A DNA stretch of 64,000 bases from an uncultured bacterium (GTDB lineage: Bacteria > Acidobacteriota > HRBIN11 > JAKEFK01), in NCBI GenBank assembly GCA_963777505.1, contig CAVZQN010000008.1, forward strand, positions 1-64,000, given 5' to 3'. Below the pieces are notes generated by a model. That model saw only the letters and a list, made by a program, of their open reading frames with translations, did no database searches and was not told where the DNA came from. The first letter of the stretch is position 1, and the number at the start of each line of letters is the position of its first letter. Of the stretch, positions 18,365 through 30,165 are shown piece by piece. The translations under genes were made by a program, and so were the position numbers.

Positions 18365-20345
18365 TTAATCGCCGCCGACGGAAGTCGTTTCAGGCTTTTT
18401 ATCACGAATTTGATACAACTTTGTTCCAAGTAACTGTTGTTGCATCATTTTTCGACGCATGATTTCTTCATCATGCGCATTCTGCGGACCATCTCCTTTC
18501 ACGCGTACGCGTGCAGCATGATCATCGTTGATTTCAAGCCGGTGTTCAGTGCTCTCCATCGGTACTTCTTTTCCATTGGCATACACGCCATGTTTACCAT
18601 GCTTTTTGTACCACTGAGAGACTGTTGCATTCTGATGCATTTTTTCCAGAATGTTTCTCCAGCCGATACCGGTGTTGTATGCGCAAAACGAAATTTCGCC
18701 TTCCTGCGTTCCGTAAGGAATGATGCACATTTCAGTGCGGCGGAAGTCATAGTTAAACAGATCCTGAAACCACATTCCTGCAACAAACAAGAAGTTCCAT
18801 GGATCTTTTCGTACGTTCCACACCAATTCCATAATTCTTTCCGGTTAAGGCAAATGATTTATCAAATTTCTTCAACATCGCCATAATCGTGAAGCTTTTT
18901 GGAGCTTTGAAAGGATTGTAATTTTTCAAAAGCGCCAGACCCATCATGATATTTGAAAACATTTTGCCGCGTGCGGCATCATTGATCTTCTTAATATCAT
19001 TCACGAGTCCCGGAATATCTAGGAATTCCGGCACTGGAGCCATTTCCTTCGTTTCCTTATTAATCATTAACGCAGTTCCAACGCCGCAATTCGGATGGCA
19101 ACCGCAGCTTACCTGACCCCATTGTGCATCAGGACCATGAACAAGATCTGCATAATCCGCAAACGTGCTCATCAATGAGATCGGAAACCAATCGCGACGT
19201 GGTTCGGTCAATCCAGTTTGATGTTTTACGTCATATGCCAGATGCGAAAGCGTATAACGCTGACGCAAACGGCGTTCATCCGTAATTTCTTCATCGCGGC
19301 CTGTAAATGAAACAGGTTGAAATGCGATAAACGCAATCTTTTTCGGGTTTTGACGCGCGAATTCAATAATCGGACCAACCTGATCGTTGTTAATACCATT
19401 CACAAGAGAAACAACAAGAATGATATCGACACCTGCGCCGTGCAAATTTTCAATTGCGCGCAGTTTTACATCAAACAGATTTCCAATTTTGCGATGGTTG
19501 TTTGCATCGTTTCCAATTCCATCAAACTGCAAATATGCGTAACGAAGTCCGGCTTCGGCTGCTTCCTTTGCATATTCAGGATCCTGTGCAAAGCGGATTC
19601 CATTGGTTGCAGCTTGAACGCTGTTGTAACCAACTTTACGCGCGTACCGGATTGCTTCGATGAAGTTCGGAGACATCGTAGGTTCGCCGCCTGAAAATTG
19701 AATCGACATCTGACGGCGTGGCTTAATCTGGATCGCATTATCCAGAATTTCTTTGATCTCTTCCATCGAAAGTTCATGCACGAAGCCAACCTGATTTGCA
19801 TCCATGAAGCATGGATCGCACATCATATTGCAACGGTTCGTTAGATCTACAGTGAGAACTGAACCGCGGCCATGTTTAATTGAGCTGGTTCCGTGATTGT
19901 GCAAATTAGCATCGTTGTGAGCATCAATGTCCCGGCCTGGATAATTGTTTTCGATGTGTTCCAAAAATTTGGAATCAATCGCCATAATGTCTTCACACTT
20001 TCCGTGTTCGGGACATTCTTTCACCATCCAGATCTGACCATCGCGTTCAACGATGTCCGCTTTAATTTCGCCGACCTTCTCGTGAATCAAACTTCGATAG
20101 TCCTGCTCTCCGGAAAGAATTTTTGCGCGCGCTTCTCGCACGCACACCGGACAAAGCGAATCTGTCGTTCTGGGCCAACCCAATGTTGGTCGTGTTTTTT
20201 CCCACGATTTCAACAGTGGCTTTTCCGACCATTTCGGTGTGAACGACGGATTGGGGCGGTGCTTGTTGAAAAAGTGTACTGTGTTGAAAAGAGTTTTTCC
20301 GACAAGCGTTAAACTCTTATCAACGTATTTCATTAAAGGATGCAT
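18365..20345 (-). CDS. tes: Radical SAM enzyme, tetraether synthase (Tes/GDGT-MAS, MJ0619) family; frameshift near 18800
   Basis: N-terminal SLCPVC...KECPEHG; CNMMCDPC radical SAM motif; GCHPNCG; C-terminal CIIPY...SFCAYN. This is the cysteine architecture of the Tes family. Confidence 0.75.
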
Positions 20346-20714
20346 AATGATCTCCCGTTCTGAAGTGAAAGGATATTTCCTTTCGTGTTCTTCAAGCCGC
20401 TTTTCTGTACAGCTACCACTGATGGCCTGTCAGAAAGCATATAAGAACGTATAAATGGATATAATAACTTTGAGATTAAAGCACATAGGCTCGAGAAACA
20501 CAAACGAATTATCGCCAAATTCACCAAAAACGTCCAGTTCCGGCCAAATTTCTTATTCTCGTGGAATTTTTTGCTTAGAAAACGAGTTTTTGCATCCGTA
20601 CCATTCAGAATGCACTTTTAGACCACTTTTGGTTGTCAAATAGCAATCGCATCCAAAAACCCGAATCGACTTCTCATGAACATATGCTTGTTCGAACCTG
20701 ATGTCCATGAAAGT

Positions 20715-20743
20715 TTGACGGGGTGAATTGTGGCCGTTATGAT
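20715..20743 (+). promoter_or_regulatory. sigma70-type promoter
   Basis: TTGACG-17-TATGAT upstream of ATG 20767. Confidence 0.55.
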
Positions 20744-20766
20744 GAAAGAGCCTCAGCGGGGATCGG

Positions 20767-22665
20767 ATGAATCTGGTAGTTTACGCTTCTTCAGATATTA
20801 ATTGTGATCTGATCCATCCAATACTAAAACTACATAAGCTTCCTATTAAAGAAATATCAAAAGCAATTCTGGAAGATCCTTCACCAAAAATCCTTGTTAC
20901 TAATAATAGAACGTTGAACAACCTTCAACGATTGCCAGAAGGAATCCAAGCTATATTGCTGGTTGGAGAAAACGAAGATGGAATTCGTGCATTAAAACTA
21001 TCAAACGAAATCGTGACTGATTTTTGCGATGATCTATCTGCCCGAAAATTTTCGAACCTTGTTGAAATTGTAATTTTGAAACAGCAGGTTCATCAAATCC
21101 GCGCGGAACGTGATAACTACCTCAAACGGCTTAAGGAACTAAACAACATTGGCGTTGCTCTGACTACGGAAAGAAATCAATTTAAGCTTGGCGAACTCAT
21201 TCTTCACAAGAGCCGTGAAATAACATGTTCTGACGCAGGAAGCCTTTATCTGGTGGAAGGAGAGGAAGAAACAGGAAAACAATTACGATTTAGAATCTCA
21301 CAAAATGATTCGATGAAAATTGATTATGAAGAATCGGTGATGCCTTTAACGAAAGAAAGTATTGCAGGATATGTTGCATCTACAGGTGAGACCTTAAATA
21401 TTCCGGATGTTTATTTACTTAATTCTGAGCACGAATACCAATTCAATCGCAATTTTGACGAAAGTACCGGATACCGAACCACTTCAACTCTCGCTGTACC
21501 AATGAAAAATAACAGAGGAGTGATCATCGGGGTAATTCAACTCATCAATCGCAAAAACGATTATCAGGCAAAGGTTTCAAGAGAAAACTATCGTGAAATC
21601 ACGCGTTCGTTTGATGGTGATGATGAAGACCTCGTTAGTTCGCTTGCGTCTCAAGCAGCAGTCGCATTGGAAAATAGCCGGTTAATTAGGAATATCGAAA
21701 ATCTATTTGAAGGTTTTGTAACGGCAGCTGTTACAGCAATTGAATCACGAGATCCAACCACATCAGGCCACTCTTTTCGTGTTGCCGATCTAACTGTTGC
21801 ACTTGCCATACTTGTTGATAGAACGGATTCGGGGTGTTTTCGCGATTTAACATTCAGCCGTGATGAAGTCAAAGAGATTCGGTATGCAGGATTACTCCAT
21901 GACTTTGGAAAAGTAGGAGTTCGTGAGGATGTTCTTGTTAAAGCCAAAAAGCTTTATCCAATGCAGCTAGAACTCATTCGCGAGCGGTTCAATCACTATC
22001 AGCGCGCATGGGAAGCTGAATACTACAAATCGAAATTGGATCTTTTGTTGTTAAAAGGACGCGATGGCTATGAGGCTGAAAACGGGATGATTGAACAGAT
22101 GTTCAAAAAACGCCTGAACTCTCTTCAAGATTACATAGCATTTATAGAAGCTAGCAATGAACCAACCGTTCTAGCTGAAGGAAATTTCGAAAAGCTACTG
22201 AATATTGCATCAGATAACGGACTTGTCCCACCGGGTGTCGATCATCCGATACTGAACGGCAATGAGGTACAACTCTTATCGATCCGCAAAGGAAGCTTAA
22301 ATGAACAAGAAAGGATTGAAATTGAATCGCATGTTATCCACACATTTGAGTTCTTAAGCAAAATTCCCTGGACTTCAGAACTGAAACGTGTTCCCGAAAT
22401 TGCGTATGGCCATCATGAAAAGCTGAATGGCAGCGGTTATCCAAACCGGGCCACAGAAAAAGAAATTCCAATTCAAACGCGAATGATGACGATTTCCGAT
22501 ATTTACGATGCGTTAACAGCATCCGATCGGCCTTACAAAAGAGCAGTTGCTCCGGAACGTGCGCTGGATATTCTTTCATCCGAAGTCAAATCAGGACACA
22601 TCGATTCGGAACTCTATCAAATCTTCCTGGATGCAAAAGTTTACTTGCTCCATTCTACAAGATAG
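20767..22665 (+). CDS. GAF + HD-GYP cyclic-dinucleotide phosphodiesterase
   Basis: GAF (SIAGYVASTGETLNIPDVY), RDPTTSGHS, LLHDFGK, HHEKLNGSGYP, DIYDALTASDRPYK. Confidence 0.9.
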   Translation: MNLVVYASSDINCDLIHPILKLHKLPIKEISKAILEDPSPKILVTNNRTLNNLQRLPEGIQAILLVGENEDGIRALKLSNEIVTDFCDDLSARKFSNLVEIVILKQQVHQIRAERDNYLKRLKELNNIGVALTTERNQFKLGELILHKSREITCSDAGSLYLVEGEEETGKQLRFRISQNDSMKIDYEESVMPLTKESIAGYVASTGETLNIPDVYLLNSEHEYQFNRNFDESTGYRTTSTLAVPMKNNRGVIIGVIQLINRKNDYQAKVSRENYREITRSFDGDDEDLVSSLASQAAVALENSRLIRNIENLFEGFVTAAVTAIESRDPTTSGHSFRVADLTVALAILVDRTDSGCFRDLTFSRDEVKEIRYAGLLHDFGKVGVREDVLVKAKKLYPMQLELIRERFNHYQRAWEAEYYKSKLDLLLLKGRDGYEAENGMIEQMFKKRLNSLQDYIAFIEASNEPTVLAEGNFEKLLNIASDNGLVPPGVDHPILNGNEVQLLSIRKGSLNEQERIEIESHVIHTFEFLSKIPWTSELKRVPEIAYGHHEKLNGSGYPNRATEKEIPIQTRMMTISDIYDALTASDRPYKRAVAPERALDILSSEVKSGHIDSELYQIFLDAKVYLLHSTR

Positions 22666-22694
22666 ACTTTGTGTCACTGCTGTAAAATAAACTC

Positions 22695-23168
22695 ATGGAT
22701 CGCCGTACTTTTTTATCACGCATTACTTCGATCTTTTCGCTTATCACTGCTGCGTTGATTTCACTCCCGGTCTTTAGATTTCTATTTGCGTCTGTTTCTT
22801 CGGAAAATACACACGAAGGCTGGTCAAGTCTTGTGCGCATCGATGCGAAGGAATTATCTGAGGATGTCTCACCTGTCCGTTATATGCGGATTGTCCGTGA
22901 AGGCTGGCAAAGTCGAATTATGGAAGAAGTTGTATGGGTACGAAAAAAGAAAGACGGAAGTTTTGTTGTATTTAACACTCACTGCACACATCTTGGCTGC
23001 GCAGTATCCTGGGACTCCGCAGACAAAAAATTTAAGTGTCCATGTCATGGAGGCGTATTTAATGCTGATGGTAAAAGAGTTGAAGGACCTCCTCCTTCCC
23101 CACTTAAACGATATGAAACAAGGGTTGAAAACGGAACCCTTCGCATTGGAAAACTTCTAAAATCCTGA
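22695..23168 (+). CDS. Rieske iron-sulfur subunit of a bc-type complex
   Basis: Tat motif DRRTFL; CTHLGC and CPCHGG. Confidence 0.92.
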   Translation: MDRRTFLSRITSIFSLITAALISLPVFRFLFASVSSENTHEGWSSLVRIDAKELSEDVSPVRYMRIVREGWQSRIMEEVVWVRKKKDGSFVVFNTHCTHLGCAVSWDSADKKFKCPCHGGVFNADGKRVEGPPPSPLKRYETRVENGTLRIGKLLKS

Positions 23169-23176
23169 ATCCTTCC

Positions 23177-24766
23177 ATGAAATTTGGAATTAAAGAATTT
23201 CTGAACAAACCTGTTCCGGAACGTGTTGGCTGGCCTCATGTTTTCGGAAGCATGTTATTGATTCTTTTTCTGTTGCAATTTGTCACCGGGATTTTGTTGA
23301 GTTTCGTATATTCAGCGTCTCCTGATGGTGCATGGAAATCTGTGCGATACATCTCTGAAGAAATGCCAGGCGGCGCATGGCTGCGCGGAATCCATTTCTG
23401 GGGCGCATCCTTGATGGTGATTGTTCTTGGTTTGCACTTAATCCGCACTTTCTTATTCGGAGCCTATAAAAGACCACGCGCATTTACATGGATTGTAGGA
23501 GTGTTCTTGCTCCTTGTTATTCTTGGATTTGCTCAAACCGGTTATCTTCTACCTTGGGATCAAAAAGCCTATTGGGGAACGAATGTCACGATTGAAATTA
23601 TCCGCACCGCGCCTGTGCTTGGCCCTTATGTTGGAGACTTTCTTCGCGGAGGTTCTTCGGTATCCGGATTAACACTCAGCCGTTTTTATACAATTCATAT
23701 TGTTCTGCTTCCTCTTGCCGCTATTTTTCTGATCACGATTCATCTGCTCTTAATACAACGTCATGGAATTACAGTCCCGTGGAAACATGTTGGTGAATTC
23801 GCTGCTCAAACCAGGCCGTTTCATCCGGAGCAAAGCGCAAGAGATGCAACAGGGATGCTGCTGATTACAGCGATTACTTTGATTCTTGCGTTTCTAATCC
23901 CTCCACACCTTGGTCATCCAGCAGATTCCACAGACAATACATTTGTCCCGCGGCCAGATTGGTATTTTTTGTTTTTGTTCCAATTGCTGACGTACTTTGA
24001 AGGTCGATGGGAAATTCTTGGAACGTTTGTTTTACCTAACCTCGGTATTCTTTTACTTTTGTTGCTGCCATTCATTGATCGAAATCCTGAACGAAGGCTG
24101 CGCAAAAGACCGCTCGCAGTCGCAGCTGTACTCATTGGTATTTCTTTGTGGAGTTATTTGACATATGCCGCAGTTAAGCAAACACCAAAACAACCTTCAT
24201 GGCATCCGGCTCGTGGGATTGAACCGGCGCGTGCCGAAAGAATCAAACGTCCATCGGAGGTTGGAGGGATGCACGTTTTGCAAGAATATTGTTTGAGCTG
24301 TCATAGTTTGACAGTGCTCGGACAACGACCGAGTTTGCAAATGTTGTCACGAAAATATTTTCCAACTGGCGAGGAATGGCTTGAGCAACATCTAAAGAAG
24401 TCAGGAGCCGAAGCCGATTTGGATCGAAAAGAGACTGAACAAATTCTATCGGCCTTGCGTGTCGCTGCTGGAGATCGTCCGGATCTTCTTTACACAATTC
24501 CACCGAATGTTCGAGTCGGTGCACGCCTGTTTTATTCGCAGTCGTGTACATATTGTCACAAAATTGATGGTCAGGGTGGCGATCAAAGTGAAGTGAAAGC
24601 GCCAGATCTCACATTCCGTTTGCTTCGTCCAAAAGAATGGCACATTCAGCACATTAAAGATCCGCGCACACTTGTGCCTAATTCCGAAATGCCACCATCT
24701 TTGCACGGCGAGCCGTGGGAATATGCAGCTTTAGCGGACTATATTCTTTATCTACACAAACCTTGA
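23177..24766 (+). CDS. Cytochrome b fused to a diheme cytochrome c
   Basis: RGIHFWGAS, GYLLPWDQKAYW, PDWY Qo motif; CLSCH and CTYCH heme motifs. Confidence 0.9.
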   Translation: MKFGIKEFLNKPVPERVGWPHVFGSMLLILFLLQFVTGILLSFVYSASPDGAWKSVRYISEEMPGGAWLRGIHFWGASLMVIVLGLHLIRTFLFGAYKRPRAFTWIVGVFLLLVILGFAQTGYLLPWDQKAYWGTNVTIEIIRTAPVLGPYVGDFLRGGSSVSGLTLSRFYTIHIVLLPLAAIFLITIHLLLIQRHGITVPWKHVGEFAAQTRPFHPEQSARDATGMLLITAITLILAFLIPPHLGHPADSTDNTFVPRPDWYFLFLFQLLTYFEGRWEILGTFVLPNLGILLLLLLPFIDRNPERRLRKRPLAVAAVLIGISLWSYLTYAAVKQTPKQPSWHPARGIEPARAERIKRPSEVGGMHVLQEYCLSCHSLTVLGQRPSLQMLSRKYFPTGEEWLEQHLKKSGAEADLDRKETEQILSALRVAAGDRPDLLYTIPPNVRVGARLFYSQSCTYCHKIDGQGGDQSEVKAPDLTFRLLRPKEWHIQHIKDPRTLVPNSEMPPSLHGEPWEYAALADYILYLHKP

Positions 24767-24790
24767 TTGCCTAATCGGCCCCGAAAATTC

Positions 24791-25162
24791 CTATCTGAAG
24801 TAGGGTCGGGGATCAAACGTGGGATTTGCAGCAAAAGCTTTTGCAAATGCTTCCTGAGCTTTTTCTAAATGCCGTTGAGCGTAATGCGCATATCCCGCAA
24901 AATACCATGCTGCTGCAGCATTAGTCGTGTCGGTAGCAGCAACTGCTTCTAACTGTTCGGCAGCAGCGGCATAACGGCCGCGGCGATACAACTTCATCGC
25001 AGAATCAAATGAAGTCGCAGCCGGCATTGCCGCTGGTTCGGCTGATTGAACTGCAACGGGTTGTGCTTCTTGAGCGGGGGCTGTTTGAGCAGCCTCTTGT
25101 GAATACAGTGGTATTGATACGGCAAAAAAAGCAACGGTAAGGTATGCTAATTTTCGGATCAT
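24791..25162 (-). CDS. Small secreted TPR protein
   Basis: Signal peptide, Ala/Pro linker, TPR-like AWYFAGYAHY. Confidence 0.7.
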   Translation of the reverse strand: MIRKLAYLTVAFFAVSIPLYSQEAAQTAPAQEAQPVAVQSAEPAAMPAATSFDSAMKLYRRGRYAAAAEQLEAVAATDTTNAAAAWYFAGYAHYAQRHLEKAQEAFAKAFAANPTFDPRPYFR

Positions 25163-25201
25163 TTGAGTCCTCCTGTTCCCCCTTATTTAACCACAAAGCC
25201 G

Positions 25202-25657
25202 CTAAGGTTTACGCAAAGTCCTGAAAAAAGCCTTCAGGAGGTCTGAGGCTTCCTGTTGCAAAATGCCCATCTCCACCTCGGGATGGTGATTCAGATGGGG
25301 CTCTGCAAGTACATTCATCGTACTGCCGCAAGCGCCGGCTTTTGGATCGGGAGTCGCAAACACTAGACGGCCGATTCGTGCCAATACCATTGCCCCTGCA
25401 CACATCACACAGGGTTCGAGTGACACATACAACGTGGTATCCAGTAACCATGGATCTGGATGTTGACTCGTTGCGTTTTGCAAAACCAACAATTCTGCAT
25501 GAGCCAGCGGATCTTTCCGTTGAACCATTCGATTATGGTCACGCGCAAGAATGCGATCCTTATAAACGAGAACCGCTCCAACAGGTACTTCATTTTCGGT
25601 TGCAGCGATCCGCGCTTCTTCCAGCGCAATGGACATGAATTCGGAATCACTTGGCAT
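25202..25657 (-). CDS. tadA: tRNA adenosine(34) deaminase
   Basis: EVPVGA, HAE, EPCVMC, DPKAG. Confidence 0.93.
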   Translation of the reverse strand: MPSDSEFMSIALEEARIAATENEVPVGAVLVYKDRILARDHNRMVQRKDPLAHAELLVLQNATSQHPDPWLLDTTLYVSLEPCVMCAGAMVLARIGRLVFATPDPKAGACGSTMNVLAEPHLNHHPEVEMGILQQEASDLLKAFFRTLRKP

Positions 25658-28600
25658 GATCGAAGAGGTGGTAATCCTGAACAGCGTGAACAGTCAAAGG
25701 GCCTTCACGCAACGCCTTAATCCCTTCAATTGCTGCGCGCGCTCCAGCAATCGTTGTTATGCAAGGAACTCCATAACGGATTGCTGTGCGGCGGATGGCA
25801 CTCTCATCATAATGAGAAACTTTTCCCAATGGCGTATTGATTACCATCTGAATGCCGCCATTAATAATTTCATCAGCAATATTCGGACGTCCTTCATTTA
25901 CTTTGAAAATCGTTTTGGCAGGTATGGAATGTTCATTTAAGAAACGCGCGGTCCCTTCTGTTGCAACAATCTGGAAATTTAGTTCATGCAATTGTTGCCC
26001 GATTCCGATCGCTTCAGATTTATCTTTGTCATTCACACTTAAGAATACTTTCCCTTCCAATGGCAATTTATTTCCTGCTCCGATGAGTGCTTTCGCAAAT
26101 GCTTCACCAAAAAGTTGTCCGGCTCCCATGACTTCTCCTGTGCTCTTCATTTCAGGTCCAAGCAGCACATCCTCATCCGGAAATTTTATGAATGGAAAAA
26201 CCGGCGCTTTAATGAATCGTCCATTGGGTGAAGATTCTTCAGGTAGATTGAATTCCGAAAATGACTTTCCTGTCATCAACTGAGTCGCCATTTTCACAAG
26301 CGGAAGTCCAATCGCTTTACTCACATAAGGCACTGTACGTGAAGCTCTCGGATTGACTTCAAGAATGTAAAGGTCGTCCCCTTTCACAGCAAATTGAATA
26401 TTCATCAACCCAACAGTTTTTAATTGCGCAGAAATAATCGATGTCCATTCGATCATCTGCTTTCTAATTTCTGGCTTCAGAAATTGTGCAGGCAAAACGC
26501 CGCAGCTATCACCGGAATGAATTCCCGCCCTTTCAATATGTTCAATAATTCCGGCAACAAAGAATTGTTCGTTCTGACAGAGAGCATCCAGATCATATTC
26601 AGCAGCATCTTCAAGGAATTGATCGATCAAAATTGGACGATCGAATGATTCGCGGACGGCATCTTCAACATACTTCATTAAATCTTCTTTATCGTATGCG
26701 ATCGCCATCGCGCGTCCGCCTAAAACATAACTCGGACGCACCATCACTGGATAACCAATCTCTTCTGCGATCCGGATCGATTCCTCAAGCGAATGAGACG
26801 TAGCAGAACGAGGCTGACGAATTCCGTAGTAATCAAGGAACTGGCTAAATCGTTTTCGATCTTCGGCCAAATCAATTGAATCGAAACTTGTGCCAAGAAT
26901 TTTTACACCCGCGCGATGCAAACCTTGCGAAACTTTTAATGAAGTTTGACCTCCAAACTGAACGATCACTCCTTCCGGCTTCTCAAGCGAAATGATGTTG
27001 AGCAAATTTTCAACAGTGATCGGTTCAAAATAAAGACGATCCGAAGTATCGTAATCGGTGCTAACTGTTTCAGGATTGCAGTTCACCATGATCGATTCAA
27101 TTCCAAGGTCTTTCAGTGCAAACGACGCCTGGCAGCAACAATAATCAAACTCAATTCCCTGACCAATGCGATTACAGCCGCTTCCTACAATCAAAACTTT
27201 TCTGCGATCGGTTGGATCTGCTTCACATTCCCGTTCGTACGTTGAGTACAGATATGGTGTGTACGCTTCAAATTCCGCAGCACATGTATCGATCCGCTTG
27301 AACACAGGACGCAGTTGAGATTGTTCCCTGATCTGACGTACCTCTGCTTCGGTTCGTTTGCCGAAATATGCGATGTCGGCATCCGATAAGCCAAAACGTT
27401 TTGCGCGGCGCAAATGATCTGTGGTTACATTTTCCCAGTCTTCAAGCGAACGCTGCATCTGGATGATTTCTTCCATCTGTGCAAGAAACCAGGGATCAAT
27501 ACTTGTGATTTGAAAAATGTCATGAAAAGAAAAACCAGCATCAATTGCAGCAGAAACATAAAAAATTCGATCCCAGGTTGGAGTCTGAAGATGAGATCGG
27601 ATAATGGCAGGATCACGCGAGATGTTATCTAAAAATAAGCCATGATTTCTTAATTCAAGCGCAGAAATTCCTTTCATTAATGCTTCTTTAAACGTGCGGC
27701 CGATTGCCATCACTTCGCCGACGGATTTCATTTGAGTTGTCAGTACAGGATCAGCCAGTTTGAATTTTTCGAAAGCCCATCGCGGTAATTTAACAACTAC
27801 GTAATCGAGAGTCGGTTCAAATGAGGCCATCGTCTTGCGTGTAATTTCATTTGGAATTTCATCAAGCGTGTAACCAACAGCCAGACGTGCCGCAATTTTT
27901 GCAATCGGAAACCCGGTAGCTTTGGATGCTAATGCTGAACTCCGCGAAACACGCGGGTTCATTTCAATAACAACAATCCGGCCATTTTCCGGATTCACAG
28001 CAAATTGAATATTCGATCCGCCCGTTTGCACACCAACCTTTCGAATGATCGCCACTGAAGCATCGCGCAAACGCTGATATTCACGGTCTGTTAAAGTTTG
28101 GCACGGCGCAACTGTAATCGAATCACCTGTATGAATTCCCATCGGATCAAAATTTTCAATGGAACAGATGATGACAACGTTGTCTTTTAGATCGCGCATC
28201 ACTTCCAGTTCATATTCTTTCCAGCCGATGAGCGATTCTTCAATCAAGATTGCATGTACCGGACTCTTCTCCAAACCGGCAGCAACAAGTTTGAGATATT
28301 CATCCAGGTTGTAGGCGATTCCGCCGCCATGTCCGCCAAGCGTAAACGATGGACGCAAAATTGCAGGAAATCCGATTTCTTTCACAGCCGCTATTGCTTC
28401 TTCCACCGATTGAACGTAAAAACTTTTTGGAACTTCGAGATCGATTTCTTCCATTGCTTTCTTAAACAACATTCGATCTTCAGCAAGCCTCAGCGAGTCT
28501 TCAGTTAATGCCAGAAGTTGAACATTGTGATCTTTTAAAATCCCTTGCTGCGACAATTCCAACGTTAGATTTAACGCGGTTTGCCCTCCAACTGTTGGCA

Positions 28601-28859
28601 ATAATGCATCCGGTTTTTCAATAGCTAGAATCGATGAAATAACAGGCACCGTCAGTGGTTCGATGTAGGTGCGATCCGCAAGTTCAGGATCGGTCATGAT
28701 GGTTGCTGGATTACTGTTCACCAGAACAATTTCATAACCTTCGGCTCTCAATGCTTTGCATGCTTGAGTTCCGGAATAATCAAATTCGCAGGCCTGTCCG
28801 ATTACAATCGGGCCTGATCCGATGATCATAATTTTCTTTATGTCTGTTCGTTTACCCAT
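25647..28859 (-). CDS. carB: Carbamoyl-phosphate synthase large subunit
   Basis: [30 protein letters not shown]; duplicated ATP-grasp; MGS domain. Confidence 0.98.
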   Translation of the reverse strand: MGKRTDIKKIMIIGSGPIVIGQACEFDYSGTQACKALRAEGYEIVLVNSNPATIMTDPELADRTYIEPLTVPVISSILAIEKPDALLPTVGGQTALNLTLELSQQGILKDHNVQLLALTEDSLRLAEDRMLFKKAMEEIDLEVPKSFYVQSVEEAIAAVKEIGFPAILRPSFTLGGHGGGIAYNLDEYLKLVAAGLEKSPVHAILIEESLIGWKEYELEVMRDLKDNVVIICSIENFDPMGIHTGDSITVAPCQTLTDREYQRLRDASVAIIRKVGVQTGGSNIQFAVNPENGRIVVIEMNPRVSRSSALASKATGFPIAKIAARLAVGYTLDEIPNEITRKTMASFEPTLDYVVVKLPRWAFEKFKLADPVLTTQMKSVGEVMAIGRTFKEALMKGISALELRNHGLFLDNISRDPAIIRSHLQTPTWDRIFYVSAAIDAGFSFHDIFQITSIDPWFLAQMEEIIQMQRSLEDWENVTTDHLRRAKRFGLSDADIAYFGKRTEAEVRQIREQSQLRPVFKRIDTCAAEFEAYTPYLYSTYERECEADPTDRRKVLIVGSGCNRIGQGIEFDYCCCQASFALKDLGIESIMVNCNPETVSTDYDTSDRLYFEPITVENLLNIISLEKPEGVIVQFGGQTSLKVSQGLHRAGVKILGTSFDSIDLAEDRKRFSQFLDYYGIRQPRSATSHSLEESIRIAEEIGYPVMVRPSYVLGGRAMAIAYDKEDLMKYVEDAVRESFDRPILIDQFLEDAAEYDLDALCQNEQFFVAGIIEHIERAGIHSGDSCGVLPAQFLKPEIRKQMIEWTSIISAQLKTVGLMNIQFAVKGDDLYILEVNPRASRTVPYVSKAIGLPLVKMATQLMTGKSFSEFNLPEESSPNGRFIKAPVFPFIKFPDEDVLLGPEMKSTGEVMGAGQLFGEAFAKALIGAGNKLPLEGKVFLSVNDKDKSEAIGIGQQLHELNFQIVATEGTARFLNEHSIPAKTIFKVNEGRPNIADEIINGGIQMVINTPLGKVSHYDESAIRRTAIRYGVPCITTIAGARAAIEGIKALREGPLTVHAVQDYHLFDHAK

Positions 28860-28870
28860 TCTTTCTCATC

Positions 28871-28920
28871 GTAGGGGCGGCCCTTGTGGCCGCCCGGGCC
28901 GGCACAAGACCGGCCCCTAC
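28871..28920. repeat. GTAG-family REP doublet (related copies 46244-46267, 54927-54953, 58048-58119)
   Basis: GTAGGGGCGGCCCTTGTGGCCGCCC...GGGCCGGCACAAGACCGGCCCCTAC. Confidence 0.75.
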
Positions 28921-28922
28921 CA

Positions 28923-30008
28923 TTACCGGTGAAATTTTTTCAGTGTTTCTACGTAATCATCAAAAATATGCTGACAATCATGCGGTCCCGGCGAAGCTTC
29001 AGGATGAAATTGCACAGCTTCAACCATTAAATCCGGACGCCGAAATCCTTCCAATGTTTGATCGTTTAAATTAATGTAAGTAGGTTCTGCATTGGAACCA
29101 AGCGAATCAGGATCTACCGCGAAACCGTGATTGTGTGAAGTAATCTCAACCCGTCGCGTTGGCAAATAAAGTACGGGTTGATTTCCACCACGATGTCCAA
29201 ATTTTAATTTGAATGTTTTGCCACCCAATGCGTGTCCGAGAATTTGATGGCCTAAACAAATTCCAAGGATCGGAAATTTACCTAACATTTTTTGAACTTC
29301 TTTTATTATTGAAGTCAGTGCAGCAGGATCGCCCGGACCATTCGAAAGAACCACACCATCGGGTTTGCTTTCGATTACATGTTGAGCTGATGTGTTCGCA
29401 GGAACGACGGTGACATCACAGCCAACATTTTGAAGATTGCGAAGGATTCCGCCTTTTGCACCGTAATCAAAAACAGTAATTTTCCATGAAGGTTCTTTGG
29501 AAGCGTGTAACGAATAGGATCGCGTTGTAGTCACCTTGGGAACAAGATCAGCTCCTTCCATTTTTGGAGAAGCTAAGACTTTTTTCAAAAGACTTTGTGG
29601 ATCCAGATCGCGTGTTGAAATCCCACAGCGCATTGCACCTTTATCACGAATGTGACGCGTCAGAGCTCGTGTGTCGATTTCAGCCACAGCCATTTTGCCG
29701 TGATACTTCAGGTAATCGCTCAGCGCACTTTTGCTTCGCCAGTTGGATGGATAATCACTGAGTTCCCGAACAACAATCGCGGAAGGATAAATTCGTGGCG
29801 CCTCAACGTCTTCGGTGTTTACGCCATAATTTCCGATTTGTGGATATGTGAATACGATGACCTGATCTTGATAGGAGGGATCTGTCAGGATTTCCTGGTA
29901 GCCGGTGATGGAAGTATTGAAGACAATTTCGCCGAAATATTCGCCGGATTTTCCAAAAGCAATACCCTTCTCACTGTAACCATCTTCAAGTACCAGAAGA
30001 GCATCCAT
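28923..30008 (-). CDS. carA: Carbamoyl-phosphate synthase small subunit
   Basis: GEIVFNTSITGYQEILTDPSY, LSNGPGDP, GICLGHQ, QFHPEASPGPHD. Confidence 0.98.
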   Translation of the reverse strand: MDALLVLEDGYSEKGIAFGKSGEYFGEIVFNTSITGYQEILTDPSYQDQVIVFTYPQIGNYGVNTEDVEAPRIYPSAIVVRELSDYPSNWRSKSALSDYLKYHGKMAVAEIDTRALTRHIRDKGAMRCGISTRDLDPQSLLKKVLASPKMEGADLVPKVTTTRSYSLHASKEPSWKITVFDYGAKGGILRNLQNVGCDVTVVPANTSAQHVIESKPDGVVLSNGPGDPAALTSIIKEVQKMLGKFPILGICLGHQILGHALGGKTFKLKFGHRGGNQPVLYLPTRRVEITSHNHGFAVDPDSLGSNAEPTYINLNDQTLEGFRRPDLMVEAVQFHPEASPGPHDCQHIFDDYVETLKKFHR

Positions 30009-30165
30009 TCGGGTTCAGGATAATAACATTTTAACCGCAAACGCGCAAAGAAATTACACGTTTTTTTTTAACGCCGAGTACGCCGAGTTAGATTATTAGT
30101 CAAGATTCAGAATCCCATTGAATGCCTGACCAGTTAGATTTTCTTTTGGTAATTTTGGGGTCGAA

